In this document: positions 1-16,228 of the stretch, piece by piece | How positions within the stretch are numbered: the first letter of the stretch is position 1 | Layout of the letters: every line of letters starts with the position of its first letter | Assembly: GCA_033442325.1 (NCBI GenBank) | Contig: JAWQFM010000015.1 | Coordinates: forward strand, 724,205-788,204 | DNA length: 64,000 bases | Origin: Salpingoeca rosetta | Lineage: Eukaryota; Protista; Choanoflagellata | Reading direction: 5' to 3' | Position numbers and translations under genes: made by a program | Notes under the pieces: model-generated | What the model saw: the letters and a program-made list of their open reading frames with translations, nothing else | Database searches by the model: none | Told to the model about the DNA's origin: nothing

Positions 1-2192
<2,192 letters not shown>

Positions 2193-2688
2193 TGTTGCAG
2201 GGTGGGGCAGTGTGGTGTGGAGATGGAAGCTGGAAAGCGGGCAAAACAAGGTGGTGGGAGATGCAAATGCGTGGACACCAAAATGAGGCTTTGCGCTTGG
2301 CGGCTTTGTGCTTGGCCAGGCTCAGCTTTTTTTTTTCTGGCTTGGCATGTTGTTGCTTGCTTGAAGAATGTTTGCTGCGAAACTTTGCAATGTTCTTGAA
2401 ATTTGGAAAGTCTTCTTTTGGATTTGGCAAGGGAGGCGCCCGATGTCAAAAATTAAAAAAAGGGAGAGCGCTGCGACGAAACCCAGCATGCAGAAGCAAC
2501 ACACCAAACACGAGCAACACTCCATTGTGACGCAACCCAAATGCTGAGCCTTGTGCCATCCACAAGCACAAGAGCACAGACCAACAACAACAGGCCAAAG
2601 GCCAACCAGGCATCAAGCAAGCCACATTTACATGTAACTCGTCGCTCCTCGCCAAACTCATTTCTCAGACAACAAGCCGACACCAACT
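2193..2688. promoter_or_regulatory. Probable bidirectional promoter between the X-X-PNP and LRR-Roco-X genes
   Basis: ~500 bp between divergent ATGs (2192 on minus, 2689 on plus), with A/T tracts at about 2326-2337 and 2447-2461. Confidence 0.55.
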
Positions 2689-3467
2689 ATGGACAACGAC
2701 AACGGCTCTTCTTCAGCGCCCACAACACCGCCGCAATGGCTTGATACCCTCGTCCACGACCTCGAGCATGACACGGCGCTCAGCGCGAGGTGTGCCTCCA
2801 GGCCACCAGGCCCCTGCCTGCTTGCCTGTTTGCGAGTGTCGTGCATTTGTGCATTTGCATGAAGCCTTCACGGCTCCACGTTCCTTCGCATCACTGAGTC
2901 ACTGCCCCACTCCCATCAAGCCGTCATCAGTTCCTGCAGTTCGTATTGATTGTAACCCTAAGCTAAGACTCTAAGACTGTTGCTTCTTCTTTGGGTGCTG
3001 CTAATCTTGTGCTTCCCCCGTCCCTGCCCTCCTTCCCGTCCCTTTTCATGCCCCTCCTTGCTCCTCCCACACCTCGAATACAGCGTGGTGTTCGAAGACT
3101 TCCCCCCTTCCATGCAACGACGCTTCGTGGAAGCCCTGGCCAAGAACACTTCTGTCCAGTCCATCGAGTCAGTCTGACATCCTTTTTGCAACAGAGCTCA
3201 CGATGTGCTTTGTGATTCCTCATGTGGTTTAGTTGTGAACAATTCGAAAGATGGCCCGTTCTGTCCTGTTGTCGCTGCCTCCCCTCACCCTGTAGGTTCA
3301 CTCACCTACCTTATTGCTTGTGCTGTGGTTGCGCAGGATTATTGCTTCACCCCTCTCGGTGATCAACTTGCAGCTATTGGCTGAGACAACCCCTTCCCTC
3401 CCACACGTTCATTCCCTCGAGTACGTTAAGTCAAAGAACCCGTGCTCGGTTCAGCCACAACTTGTGC

Positions 3468-3531
<64 letters not shown>

Positions 3532-4761
3532 CGTGTGGCGTGTGGCGGGTGCGTGGGCGCTTGCGTGTGAACGCGAAGCCCTCGTCTCTGCTACATTTGT
3601 CCAGCAAATGCTCCACACCAAGTTATGTCTCTCCGACATACCGCACCCGCACTCACATCATTTCATCTTGAAACAACCCCATCTTACAGCCTTGTTGACA
3701 ACAATTTCGACACCGACTTTGACAAGCCTCTTGCTTCCCTGCTTGCCAAGCTGCCCAACCTGGAGAGCCTCAGGTCAGGCTCACATGTGCGCTGGCCCCT
3801 GCACCTACGGGCAGGTTGCACACCACGTGTTCCTTTTTGCTCATCTGAATCACACACACACATACACACACACACTCTCTCACTCACACACACTCACACA
3901 CACTCACACACACATGCACTCATGCGTACCTGCACACATACATGCACACGTTTCAGATTGAATGGATGCAATCTCCAATCACAGGCGGCCATCGTGCTGG
4001 CAGAGCCACTGGCCAACTTGAAGGAGCTGCGTCGCATTCAGTGCGTTTGTAATTGTGAACGTTTCGAAGTGAATGCACTGCTTAAGGGTCTGGTGTCTGT
4101 TGTGCTTCCAGCTGCACTGCCGCTCATGGACTTTCCCAATCAACACAGGCTGGCTTCAGACAACTTGGACGACGACAGCATTCGAGTGTTGGCAAAGTCA
4201 CTCGCAAACCTGCCGAACCTTCACCAGATCAAGTGCGAGCGTACTCTTGGTTCATATCGCCGCATGCATGTGTGCACACACATGTGCACATGCACACAAC
4301 ATACGCCCACCATATGCACGCAATCTTCACGCACACACACACACATGCTTGGACACACGCACATATTTCCCTCACATTCTCACGGCATCAACGCACTCAC
4401 GCACGTCGGCCTTCAGTCTGGATGGCAACCGCATCACGGCAGTGGGAGCGCAAGCCGTGATCGAAACTGCGTGCAAGCTCGAGCACTTTGACGCCCTTCG
4501 GTATTTTGCCCATGCCCCCTTTGCTCTGTAATGCTGCTGTCGCTTCCCCCTCCTTTGAGGTTCTCTCTCTTCTCTCTCTCCCTCGATGCTCACAAACTGT
4601 GTCATTGCGTGTGCACACAAACACGCAGCTTGAATGACAACCTCATCACCAGCGTTGGATTCCAGGAAGCTGCGGCCATGCTCAAGAGCTTGAAGCACCT
4701 GCGATACCTCGAGTATGAAGCATTCCAGCCTATACACCAATAAGCAGACACAAGCACACAT

Positions 4762-4797
<36 letters not shown>

Positions 4798-7700
4798 AAC
4801 ACACGCACACACACACGCACACACACACACAGGAACACACACAGGAACACACACACACACACACAGAGAACACACACACACACACACACACAGGAACACA
4901 CACACACACACACAGAGGAACACACACACACATATATTCACATATTCACGCACATATTTACGCACATGCGCAGTTGTTACACAAGCACACATGCAAGTGT
5001 GTCTGTGGAATGTTGCCATATCTCACCCGATGTGCACCACCTCAACATCTCCTGACTCGCATACACGTGTAGTTTCCGGAACAATGGCCTCAGCTGTGAT
5101 GGGGTGAAGATGCTGACCCAGTCCTTTCCGCAGCTGACAGAATTGCAGAAGCTCTTGTAAGTCATTTTGAACTGTAAACCGTGATCTGTGTCGTCAATGG
5201 AGCGATGCTTCATCTGCACCACTTGAAATACTCCTCATTTCAACACTGTGATGTTTCATTCTTGATTAGCTTGGACGGAAATCGAATTGGTACCGAAGGC
5301 GTGCGTGTGCTGGCTCCAGTCGTGGGCAGCATGGACTCTCTGCAGGAACTCGAGTACGTCTCCATTCCACTGCAAAGAAGCTGCAATCAACTCACGTGAT
5401 GCTTCATGTGTCACTGCCATCCCCATTCATGTTACTACCCTTGCAACGCTTCCACCTTGCCTTGCGACTTCGCCTCTTTGGCTTACCATCAATTATGCAC
5501 CAAACCCATGACCTGCACACCCTAGTTTGACAAACAACGGCATCACACATCTTGGCCCTGAGTTTCTGGCAACAACGAACATTTACCAGATTGGCTTTGA
5601 AGGCAACCCCTTGGTCTGTCCGCCGGCGCACATCGTCGTCCACAGCCGCGCCATGACGTATGCGTACCTGCGTGCCGTTTCACAGGGGTCTGAGTTGCTG
5701 ACGCGATCGCGGCTGGTGTTCATTGGTGATGGCGGTGTTGGCAAAACCACCCTCAAGACGGCTCTGCTCATGCTCCACAGTGCAGACCGCGCACACGTGC
5801 TCAATGTGGTCAGGCAAGCCATCAAGAAGGCGTTCAGCAAGTACACAGAGGCCGACTTCCGCGAATGGGTGGACCATGACCTCAACCCCAGCGACCAACC
5901 TGGTTTCTTTGACCAGTGCTGCCAAAAAGCCAAGGGCATCACGGGGAAACTGTGGCTTAAAAGCCCGGACGACAAGCTGCGAGCTTGGTTTGGCGGAGAC
6001 GCTGGTACGGCTCAAGCAGAGCAAATTGTGGATCGCATGCTACAGGCACGCCAATTCATTCTCGCAAGTGGTGCAACTGCACCACAGTCGCCACCAGGTC
6101 AAGGCGATGCACCACCTTTCGAGCCCTTGCTCTACATGCCGCACGTGTGGACGGAAGGGGTCGAAGTTGACCACTGGGATGCCCACGACTTTGAAATCTG
6201 GGACTTTGCCGGGGAGCTGGAGTTCTTCCCCACCCATGAGCTCTTCCTCGCCTCACACATGGCCGTGTATTTGCTTGTGTTTGACGCGTCCCAGGGCTTT
6301 GATCACGCCCTTGCGCGCGTGTGTCTGTGGCTGGAGCTGCTACGCACATGCACGCCTCCTGCGCTGGGCCACAACCACGACCACGTGCAAGTCCGCCTTG
6401 TTGCCACAAAGGACGTGTCGTTTTCACTCGATTACTTCCGATCTGAGGTGAAGCATCACGCAAGCAGCTGCTTTGACCTTGGGCCAAAGTGCTACAGAAT
6501 CGAATACACCGAAGCTGATGGTGGGGACCTGATGGACCTTGACACGGAGCTTGCCAGGCTTCGCACCGAAGGCGTGCCGTACTTTCACGTGCCAACAGGG
6601 CTGACTGATATCAAGAAACACATCCAAGAAATGGCGAGAGCACATGCGACGAGGGATTGGCCAGTGGTCAATGTGAGCACCATCGACTGGAAGCACAACC
6701 ACCCCGAACTTGCCGTTCTGTTTCTGCTTCACACGGCCGTCATTTACCCTGTGCCGGGAAACCCGTCCATGATCGTGCTGGACCCGATGGTGTGGCTTAC
6801 CAAGCTACTGTCAGCGCTGCTGCACCCCTTGCATGGGCTCAGCTTGTCCTTTGATGCGGCTTCGCCCCAAGCGTCGTCATCCCAGATACATCTGCCTGCT
6901 GTGGACACCTCCCATGTGCTTAGCTCACTGGCCCAACGTGACTTGCACATTCCGCAACAGCAAAGACACCTGCTGCTGCCGTTCCTGTCCTCATTCAACA
7001 TTTGCTTCTCAGTGAACACAGCACAAACGCTCTACACGTTTCCGTCCCTGCTCCCACGCCGCGACGTTCACCCAGGCATCATCACTGCCATCCACAATAC
7101 TGTGCCTGGGCTCGCAGCCTCGCAGCGTGTCGTGTTGGGCCGCCGGCTGCAATGCTTTGAGGAGCACGAGTGGCTGCCCCCAACAGCCTGGCCGTTGGTT
7201 GTGAAAGAGCTCTTTGCTGCTGTGAACGAAGCAGGTGCAACGCCGCTTCACTTGAGCGCAGGCATATTCATCGCACAAGTGGATTTGGCAAACTACATCG
7301 TTGCAAGCCTGACCCTTCTCAAGCATCGGCGCTGCGTTGACATTGTTGCTGTCGGCAGTCAGTCTGAGGTCCTTTTGCACACGGCCATGCTGTGTGTTGT
7401 GAAAGTGTTGCGCGACCACTTTCCTTCCCTCCACCTACAAAAGCGCTGCTTGATGGTGGCATCGCAACATGACCACGATCAGGAGCAACATGCCGTGCTC
7501 CAATTGAGCATCGTATCCCACTCCGTGTACACGGAGAAGAAGGCGGTGGACCCTCAGGATGTCCTGCAGCAGCTCCCAACATCAGATAGTGGTCCACTGT
7601 CCACCACATACGCCCAGCGCCTTCGGCAGTTGCTGACAGTCGAAGATCACAGTGACAGTCCACCAATTCGGCGCTGGGATGCTCACTGGGTGTGTTTGTT

Positions 7701-8043
7701 GACTGATCCCAAGCTGGTGTCCGAGACAAACATCCCAAAGGCGAAACAGAATGCCGAGACCAGGAGCATGTTTGCTGATGTCTGTGAACAACTTCTTCAC
7801 CTCAGCGAGCAGGAACGAGTGGTGCTGAGTACCCACTGCGGTCTGCATAACAAACCCTTGGATGGGTCGAGCATGGTACTTGCGCTCAAATCAACCTGTC
7901 CAATCGGGTCAACGGTGCCCTATCTCAGCGAGGACAGCGATCTGCAGCCCCTGCACGACGCGATCGAGCGCAGGATTGGGCATGAGCACATAACCTGTGT
8001 GATCATTCGCGAACGCCAAGCAAAGCTGAAGACACTTCCATGA
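2689..8043 (+). CDS. LRR-Roc-COR (Roco family) GTPase with C-terminal death-fold-like domain X, ~1124 aa
   Basis: Exon 2689-2789, then nine 84-nt exons starting at 3084, 3337, 3690, 3957, 4149, 4417, 4629, 5073 and 5270, then 5526-8043; all junctions are GT-AG and phase 2. It has RI-type LRRs (LDGNRIGTEGVRVLA) and an LRR cap (GNPLVCPP). Roc motifs are G1 GDGGVGKTT, G2 TEGVEV, G3 WDFAGELEFFPTHELFL and G4 LVATKD. COR motifs are IVLDPMVWL and YTFPSLLP. Confidence 0.92.
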
Positions 8044-8067
8044 GCGTGAAGACGTGTGTGTGTTTGC

Positions 8068-8144
<77 letters not shown>

Positions 8145-8673
8145 GTGTTGTCGTGTTAATTTGCGTCAGCAAATGTTGTGCCGGAGCTGACAGCTGCTCG
8201 TCCCAGCGTCTCCTTTGCAATGGCCCTCTCGATCTTTGCCAACGTGGTTGATACCAGCGCTGTTCCTCCAATCCATGCACACTTTTCTTGTTCCCGTGCA
8301 CCCCGTGTTAAACCGAGGTTGCCGTTTGTTCTGTCTGCTGTTTGCTGTGAAATCACATGTTTCGCGCACGCACTCAGCCTTTGTCTTCTTGCCTGTCGCT
8401 TCACGAAACGACGTGTGTAATTGATGTGAAGCTGAAACATAACAGCAGTGACAAAACCCAAACAGGGAAAGGGGCAACCGCATTCACCATCAGTAACGCC
8501 AAACTGCATTCACACCATCAGCAACGCAAACACGATTGAATGCAACACCGACCCAAACCAGCATGCAAAACACAAGTACACACACACACACGCAGACACA
8601 CACACACACGCAAGCACACGCACACGCACACGTACACACAGACACACAGGCACACACACACACCCTCTGTTGA

Positions 8674-11449
8674 CTACTCCGCCGCCATCTTGGCGCCGAG
8701 CTGGGCGAGCAGCTGGCGCGCGGCGCTGGGAAGACCGACGCAGCCCACGACGGAGGTGCTGCTGTTGGTGACAAAGGTAGGGCGGGTCACCCACTGCAGC
8801 TTGCTGCCGCCCTTGTCGAGCCCATACACATCCAGGCCAGCCAGACCCGTCTTCTGGCACAGCAGCTGCTTCCAATCCTGCGAGATGATTGGTGTGCCCA
8901 GGCCACTGAAGAAGCTCTCCACCACAGCCTCAACCTGGATGTTTGTGGGCGTGTGTGTGTGTGTGTGTGTGTGGGGGGGGGAGTTGATGTGGTGAGATTA
9001 GCCAAGGGAGAAAAGAAGCAAGGTCACACAGTTCTACAGACGAACAGACGGACGAAAAAACAGACAAGAGAGACAGAGAGACAAACACACACACAGACAC
9101 ACACACATACAACAGACACACGCACATACAGACACACGCACACATACAGACACACACACACACACAATCGCACACACGCACAGACAGGCACACACACATA
9201 CAGACGCACACACACAATCACACATACAGACGCACACACAATCACTCACACACACAGTCACAACGCCCGCCGACGCAAGCACCCTTCGCTCTTCCTCACA
9301 CAACACGTTACTGATGCCCACCTCAAAGTTGTCAATGTTGCGGAGGGTGAGGGTGGTTCCATTGCGCTCACACAGGACGGCATGCGTGCGGCTGCACACG
9401 TACGCCATGCCGAGCTGGTCGGCGGAGGCAAAGCTCGTGTTGGCGGCGCCCACTTCTGCAGGCGATGCACCAGAGACGTCATATGTCTTGACGGTCTTGC
9501 TGCCCTTCTCAACCACCACCAGCTGGTCCTTGCAGTTGAACCCAAACTCAATGTCCTTCGATGGGAGGTTGCAGGTTGGCTTGCGCGTGGAAACATCAAA
9601 CACAATCAGCTTGCCATCGCTGGCCGTGGTTGCCGCGTACTTGCCGCTCGGCGACAGCATGGCATTCCACACGTGGTCGTGCGTGTGCCCATCAAGGGTG
9701 CCCAGCAGCTTGCCCTGCTCCAGGTCGTACAGCAGCGACGTGCGCCACAGCGTCGTCGCCACCATGAACCGGAAGTCTGCGCTGATGGCCAGCGTGTTGC
9801 CGTGGAAGTGCGTTGGAGACCAGCGGCGCAGCACCTCAAGCTCCTGCACAACAGCGCCGCCCTTCTCCACGTCCACCCGTGGGATGGGCAGGCACCCGGA
9901 CGAGTTGAGCCCGATGTACACGCTCTTGTCGTCCTTGGCCGTGGCCAGCCCGCGCGTCGTGCCGTCCATGTAGCTGCCATTCAGGCTGGGCATCAGCTCG
10001 CCCGTGTGGCGGTTCCACACCCCGAGCCGGCGCGGGTGCACGTTGTGTGTGCCCACAACGTAGTCTGAGACGGTCTGCACGCACCAGCAGCCCTCGGACG
10101 CCGTCACCTCTGTGGCGTTGGGCGTGTACGTGATGGCCGGCAGCGCATTGGCCTGCGCCAGGCTCCACAGCTTCATCGACTTGCCAGAGGTGCTGAGCAG
10201 GTTGCTGTTGCTGAGAAACTGCACGTGGCTGATGCCGCCCACGTGCCCACGCAGCACCACCTGCAGCGTGCCCTCGCCCGTCTCGTACACGCACACCGTC
10301 TTTGCGCCGCCGGCCGTCGCCACGAGCGACTCGTCCGCAGAAAAGGCAACCGCGCCAAGCTTGCCGACATCGTGTCCGACAAGTCTAGCCACGCGCACGC
10401 CGTCTGAGAGGCGCCACAGCGACGCGCAGCTGTGCGGGCTCCAGCTCCACCCGTGCGTGTCGTCCACCGTCACGCAGTACTTCTCCTTTGGCGACACAAC
10501 CAAAAGGTTTGGATGGTGCTCGCCACTATTCACGTTCCTGATGGTGGAAATCACTTCCCCTGGACGGTTGGAGGACAAGAGAGTGTGTGTGTGTGACAGG
10601 GGGGGGGAAGGGAGACCCGTGTGTGGATGTGAGACAAGTGATATAGTTTTGGAATGAGAAACACTGACAGGCTCCGACAGCCATGCTTACGGGCTACGTC
10701 TACGTCCATATCACAAAACACACACACACACACACACAGCGCAAAAAAGCAAAAGGTCCCCTTCACCAAACACACAAACACATACACATAACACATCAAT
10801 GCACCTTTCTCGAGGTCCCATGTGCACATGGTCTTGTCGAGGGACAAGGAGAGGAACTGGGTGCTGTTCTTGAGGAAGGAGACGCAGGCAACCCACAGGT
10901 TGTGGTGGCGCAGCAGGCGCGGGGCAGTGCCCTCTGGTGCAGCGAGATCGTACAGATACATGGGCCCAGGCAGCTCCACGTCACCCTCACCCTCGTATCC
11001 AAAGATACTCAGCGGATGCACAAAGACAACAGCGTAGCGGCCGTTTGGTGACAGCTCGCACTTCACAAAGTCAATCTCGCCTACGGTGGGGATTGAGGAA
11101 TTTGGGGGAGGAGGAGGAGGAGGAGGAGGAGGATTTGGGGAGGAGGAGGAGGAGGAGGAGGAGGAGGAGGAGGAGGAGGAGGAGGAGGAGGAGGAGGATT
11201 TGGGGAGGAGGAGGAGGAGGAGGAGGAGGAGGAGGAGGAGGAGGAGGAGGAGGAGGAAGTGAGAGGATGCTATGATCAGGACGACCCTCGCGAATGGCGT
11301 GCACGCACGTAAGGCCAGATTGGGGAAGCGAATGACACACAAACAAACACACACACACACACACAGACCCCCCCCCCCCACACACACACACAGACGCACG
11401 CACGCACACACAGACCCACAGACGCACGCACGCACACACAGACCCACAG

Positions 11450-11515
<66 letters not shown>

Positions 11516-14500
11516 ATACAGACATACAAAATCGGCCACCCAGTCAAGTTGCCCCTCCCCACATCACTCACCCTTGTGGTGCATGTTGACGCCCAGGGCC
11601 TCCAAATCCCTGTACACGTCTGCCTTGACAATGCGCTTGGCACTGCCGCTGCCATCGCGGGCATAGATGGCCAGCGTGTTGTCGCGCAGCACCATCGCGG
11701 CCTTCTCGCCGCCGTCGCAGATGCGGATCGTGTTGCGGAACGGCCATCCGGTGCCAACAACGATTGGCGAATCGGTCTTGATGGTCCACGGGAGGATGGC
11801 GAGCGCGTCCTCCATGCCGGGCACGGGACCAATATCCACTTGCTGGTCCGAGGGCATGGTGCCCAGGGCGGCGCGGCAGCTGCTGAAGGTGATGGGCAGG
11901 AACCGATTGTCGCCGTGGGGAACATCTTGGGGCAGCGGAGCGGTGCTGAGCAGGCGAATGGCCACCTCGTCGCTGCCGTCGTCGCCTTTGGTCGTCTCCG
12001 TGCGCCAGTAGTTTATGTGCTTTCCACGCGTCACCGTCATGGGGCGCGCACTGGGGCCGTCGCCAGTCACATGCAGCAGGTCCACCCTGTCCTTCTGCTC
12101 GTCCACATCTGGCAGCTGGCCAAACTCGACATCTCGCATGTTGCACATGTCCAGGCACGCGCCGGTCATGATGGCCTCGGCGAAGAACACGCCACGCAGG
12201 TCTGCCCCCGTCAGGTTGGTGCGGTGCAGCAGGGCTGCACGCATGTCGGCGCCGCACAGCCGCGCGCCAGAGAGGTCGAGGCCAGAGAAGGGCACACGCG
12301 CGCAGTTGAGGATGGTGGCGGCGTTGCCCGCGGCAATGGTCGCGTGCGGCTGCGTCTTGGAGAGCTCAATCACGTGCATCAGGCGCGTCTGCGCCTCCTT
12401 ATCTGCACGGACGATTTGTCCGGCAAACTCGACCAGGCCCGGCTCGTTGCGCACGAGGCGCGTGCCAAGGATGGGCACCACCTCGCCCTCCGCGAGCGAC
12501 ACGACGTCAGACATGAGCGCGCACGCCGCGAGATACTCAAGCACAGACTGGAGGGGACGAGGAATGAGGTGGGAGAGTGGAAGGAGTGAGAAGAGGGCAA
12601 GAGGAGGTGAGGAAGGAGGAATCAAAAGCGGGGGGGGGGGGGAGGGGAAGGCACTGAGGCGAGCAAGTGTCACTGGACGCACATGCATTGTGTGATGATG
12701 TATGCAAGTCAGAAATGAGGCTGAGCAACGCATTAACATCACAACCCCCTCCCAATCTCATTCGTACACACACCTTGTGAACGAAGGTCACGCGCGGACC
12801 GACGCCGACGACGCGGAGCGGGCTGCCGTCAACAGCAATCTGGCAACGGTGGACAAGGGCGGTGGTGCATGGAAAGGTCGGGCGTCAAGGTCTTGGGGAA
12901 AGGGAAGAGCAGGGAAGGTGTAGAAAGCAGGGGTACAAACGCAATTACACGTCCGCAAAATGGTCACACACAAACAGAGACAGAGACAACACAAACTTGT
13001 ACACAATCACAACCGCAGACAGACAGACACAGGCACAGACACAGACACAGAGACACAAAGACACACACACACACACATTCACACACACAGACACAGACAC
13101 AGACACAGACACACACAGACACAGACACAGACAGACAGACATTCACACACACACACACACACACGAGCCTCGACGAACCTTGAGGGCTGCGTCGGAGACG
13201 GCTTCTGCACGGATGAGTTTTGCGGTGATGCTGTGCCCGAGGAAGAGGGAGCGCGCAAGGTCTTGATCGAACGCCAGCAGCGCCACGTGCAGGTTCACCT
13301 GCAACAGTCATCCGCATCCCAACCCAAGCATGCAATATGAGCGTAGGGTAAATCAGGCGAATCAAGCCTTGGCGCACGATGCAAGCACACGATGCAAGCA
13401 CACACGATGCAAGCACACACTGTGTCAGCACATACAACCCACCCCCAACACACACACACACCATCCCCCCTCCAAACACACCCCTGCACTTACGTCGATG
13501 GGGACGCGTCTGCGGGTGACGCAGCGCCACATCTCGCGGCCGTGCATGAGCGACACGAAGCTCTCGTACAGGTGCCGCTTGGAAATGTTGCGAGGAAGGC
13601 CCTTGCTTGGAACCATGCCGCTCTCCAGGATGGGCAGGCACAGGCACGCCATGTGCAGGAGGAATGGGGTGGACAAGAGGTCCCACAGGCCGCCAATGTT
13701 GGACAGCTGGTCGTGCAGCGTGTGTGCGTCCTGGCCCTGGGCGTCGGGTCCGCGTACAAAGCGCTCCAGAAACGCCTCAATCTGGGTTTGATCAAACGGA
13801 AGAATGTACCGCTCGTCCACCCGGCTCTGCGTCGCGTGCGTGAAGAGGGACTGGTACTCCGGCAGCGACTGCAGGAACTGCGAGCGCGCGCCAACGACCA
13901 CGTGCGCCTGCCACTCGTCGAGTTTGTTGCTGCGGTACAGGTTGACAGGCTTGCCCAGCTCGTCAAAGCCATCCAGCAGCACAACAAACGACGCCTCGCG
14001 CTTGAGCTGCTCAATGCCGGCCTCGTCAAGGCCAATGGACATGAGCGTCTCCGACATCAGATCTGTCTCCGCGTTGTTCGTCTGCGCAAGGGGGACGTAC
14101 AGCGGAACAGGGCACGAGGGGTCCTTGTCGCGGTCTGCCCACAGCCGGAATTCGAGGTATCTGATGAACGCGCTCTTGCCGCTGCCCGTGCCACCCTGCA
14201 CCAGGAGATACAGGGGCTTGGTGTTTGCGTCCTCAGCAGCGACAGCCTGCAGCACGTTGTCCACGAGATCAAACTTCTCCTCCTCCTTCTTGGGCGCGGC
14301 CGTCTTGCTTGCCTTCACCCGCACAAACTGCTTCAGCTGCTGCTGCACGGGGCTCTCTGGCTTGAGCACGTCCGTTGCCTGGCGGATGCGGGCAATGTTC
14401 GCCTCCAGCGCGGCTGCTGCAGAGTCGCGGCTGCCAGACAGCTGCTCAAGGATCTCAGCGGGCGTGTTGGTGAAGAACTGCTTCAGGCTCTCCTGGAACC

Positions 14501-14642
14501 TGTGGTGACGGAGGGATTAGGGGTTTGGGAGTTTGCGGGATTTAGGGGTGGTGGTGGAGGGTGAGGGGCTATGTGAGTTACGTGGGGGCAGATGTTCATG
14601 CTAAGGTGGGGGGGGGGATGCGTGAGCAGGTGAGTGCTGCCA

Positions 14643-14740
<98 letters not shown>

Positions 14741-15669
14741 ACAGAGCACAACAACGCACTCTTGCTCGCGCCTCTCGCGCTCTTTGATGTCCTGGAAGAA
14801 CCACTCCCACACGGCCTTGGTCTGTTGGCAGACGGAATACGTGTACATGTGCGTGTGTGTGAGTGTGAGTGAGTGGGTGTGACGGGAAGGAAAGGCAACG
14901 AATGCAGTATGAAGAGACGGTGGATATTCGAGTGTGGGCAACGTGGAGACACGCATGCACACAAGCAAACATAGAGAGAAGGAAACGCCACGGCACAAGA
15001 ACATGCTGACACACGTACGGAGGTGGACTGCTCGACGCCGTGAAGACTCGTGAGGAACTTGTCGCACGCCTGCACGGGATGTCAGCGGGATGAGGATGGT
15101 GAGTTTGAGTGGGGAAACGGGTGCAAAACACACGAAGCAATGAATGGCGTGGCAGAATTGCACGTCCTCCTCTGCACACAAGACACAAGCACACACACAC
15201 ACACACATGCACGCACCTTGTTCCACCTCTGCCTCTCCTCGTCGGGGACATCGCCGTCGACGAAGATGGGGATGATGGTGTTGAGGAGGGCGGGCAGGGC
15301 GGCGAGGTAGTACCTGTAGCTGCTGCAGTCCCGCACGGGCTGGAACGGGTAGTTGAGGAACGCGTCGGGGAAGGCTGATGCCGGCGTGACGTGCTCGCCG
15401 CGGTCAAACCAGAGCGGGAACACGAGCACGCCGCGCTCAGATGCGGCCTGCCGGATGAAGCAGTACTCCTTGCCGACGTTCGTCACATCGCCATCGTTCA
15501 CCTTGTCAGCCTCAACCTTGTTCGTGGGTTCTGCAGTGGTGTGTGTGTGTTTGTGTTGGGGAGGGAGGTGAGAGGGCGCAATGAAAGTGGCGAATAAACA
15601 CTGTTTCTCTTTGCCTCACAGACAACAGATACACGCACACAAAATACTCACACACAGACGCAACACACG

Positions 15670-15720
<51 letters not shown>

Positions 15721-16151
15721 CACGTGCACGAATGGCACGGCACGACGGCGTACCTGGCACACGCCTGTTGTAGTCTGGGGTGCCGATGAGGAAGACGGCG
15801 GTGGACTTGTCAATGCCCTTGCGCATGAACTCATCAATATCCATGCCTGGCTTGAGGTCCATGATGTCAAGGGAGACGTCGAGACCAATGCGCGCCATGT
15901 CGCGGCGCAGGCGGGACAGTCGGCCCTGCAGCTTCTGCTGGTCGCTTCGGTCCCGCGGCCACGAGTACGAGATGAAGCCCTGGCCGTGGACGAAGAGGAG
16001 TTGGCGTGGGGAGAGGGAGATGTGTGTGTGTATGTGTGTGTGTGTTGGTATGGAGGCAAGGGCGTTCGTGTTAGGAAAATGGGGGGTGTGTGTGTGCACA
16101 GAGCAGGGTATTGTGGTCAAGTACAGCCAGGAAAAAATCACACGAGCGTAT

Positions 16152-16228
<77 letters not shown>

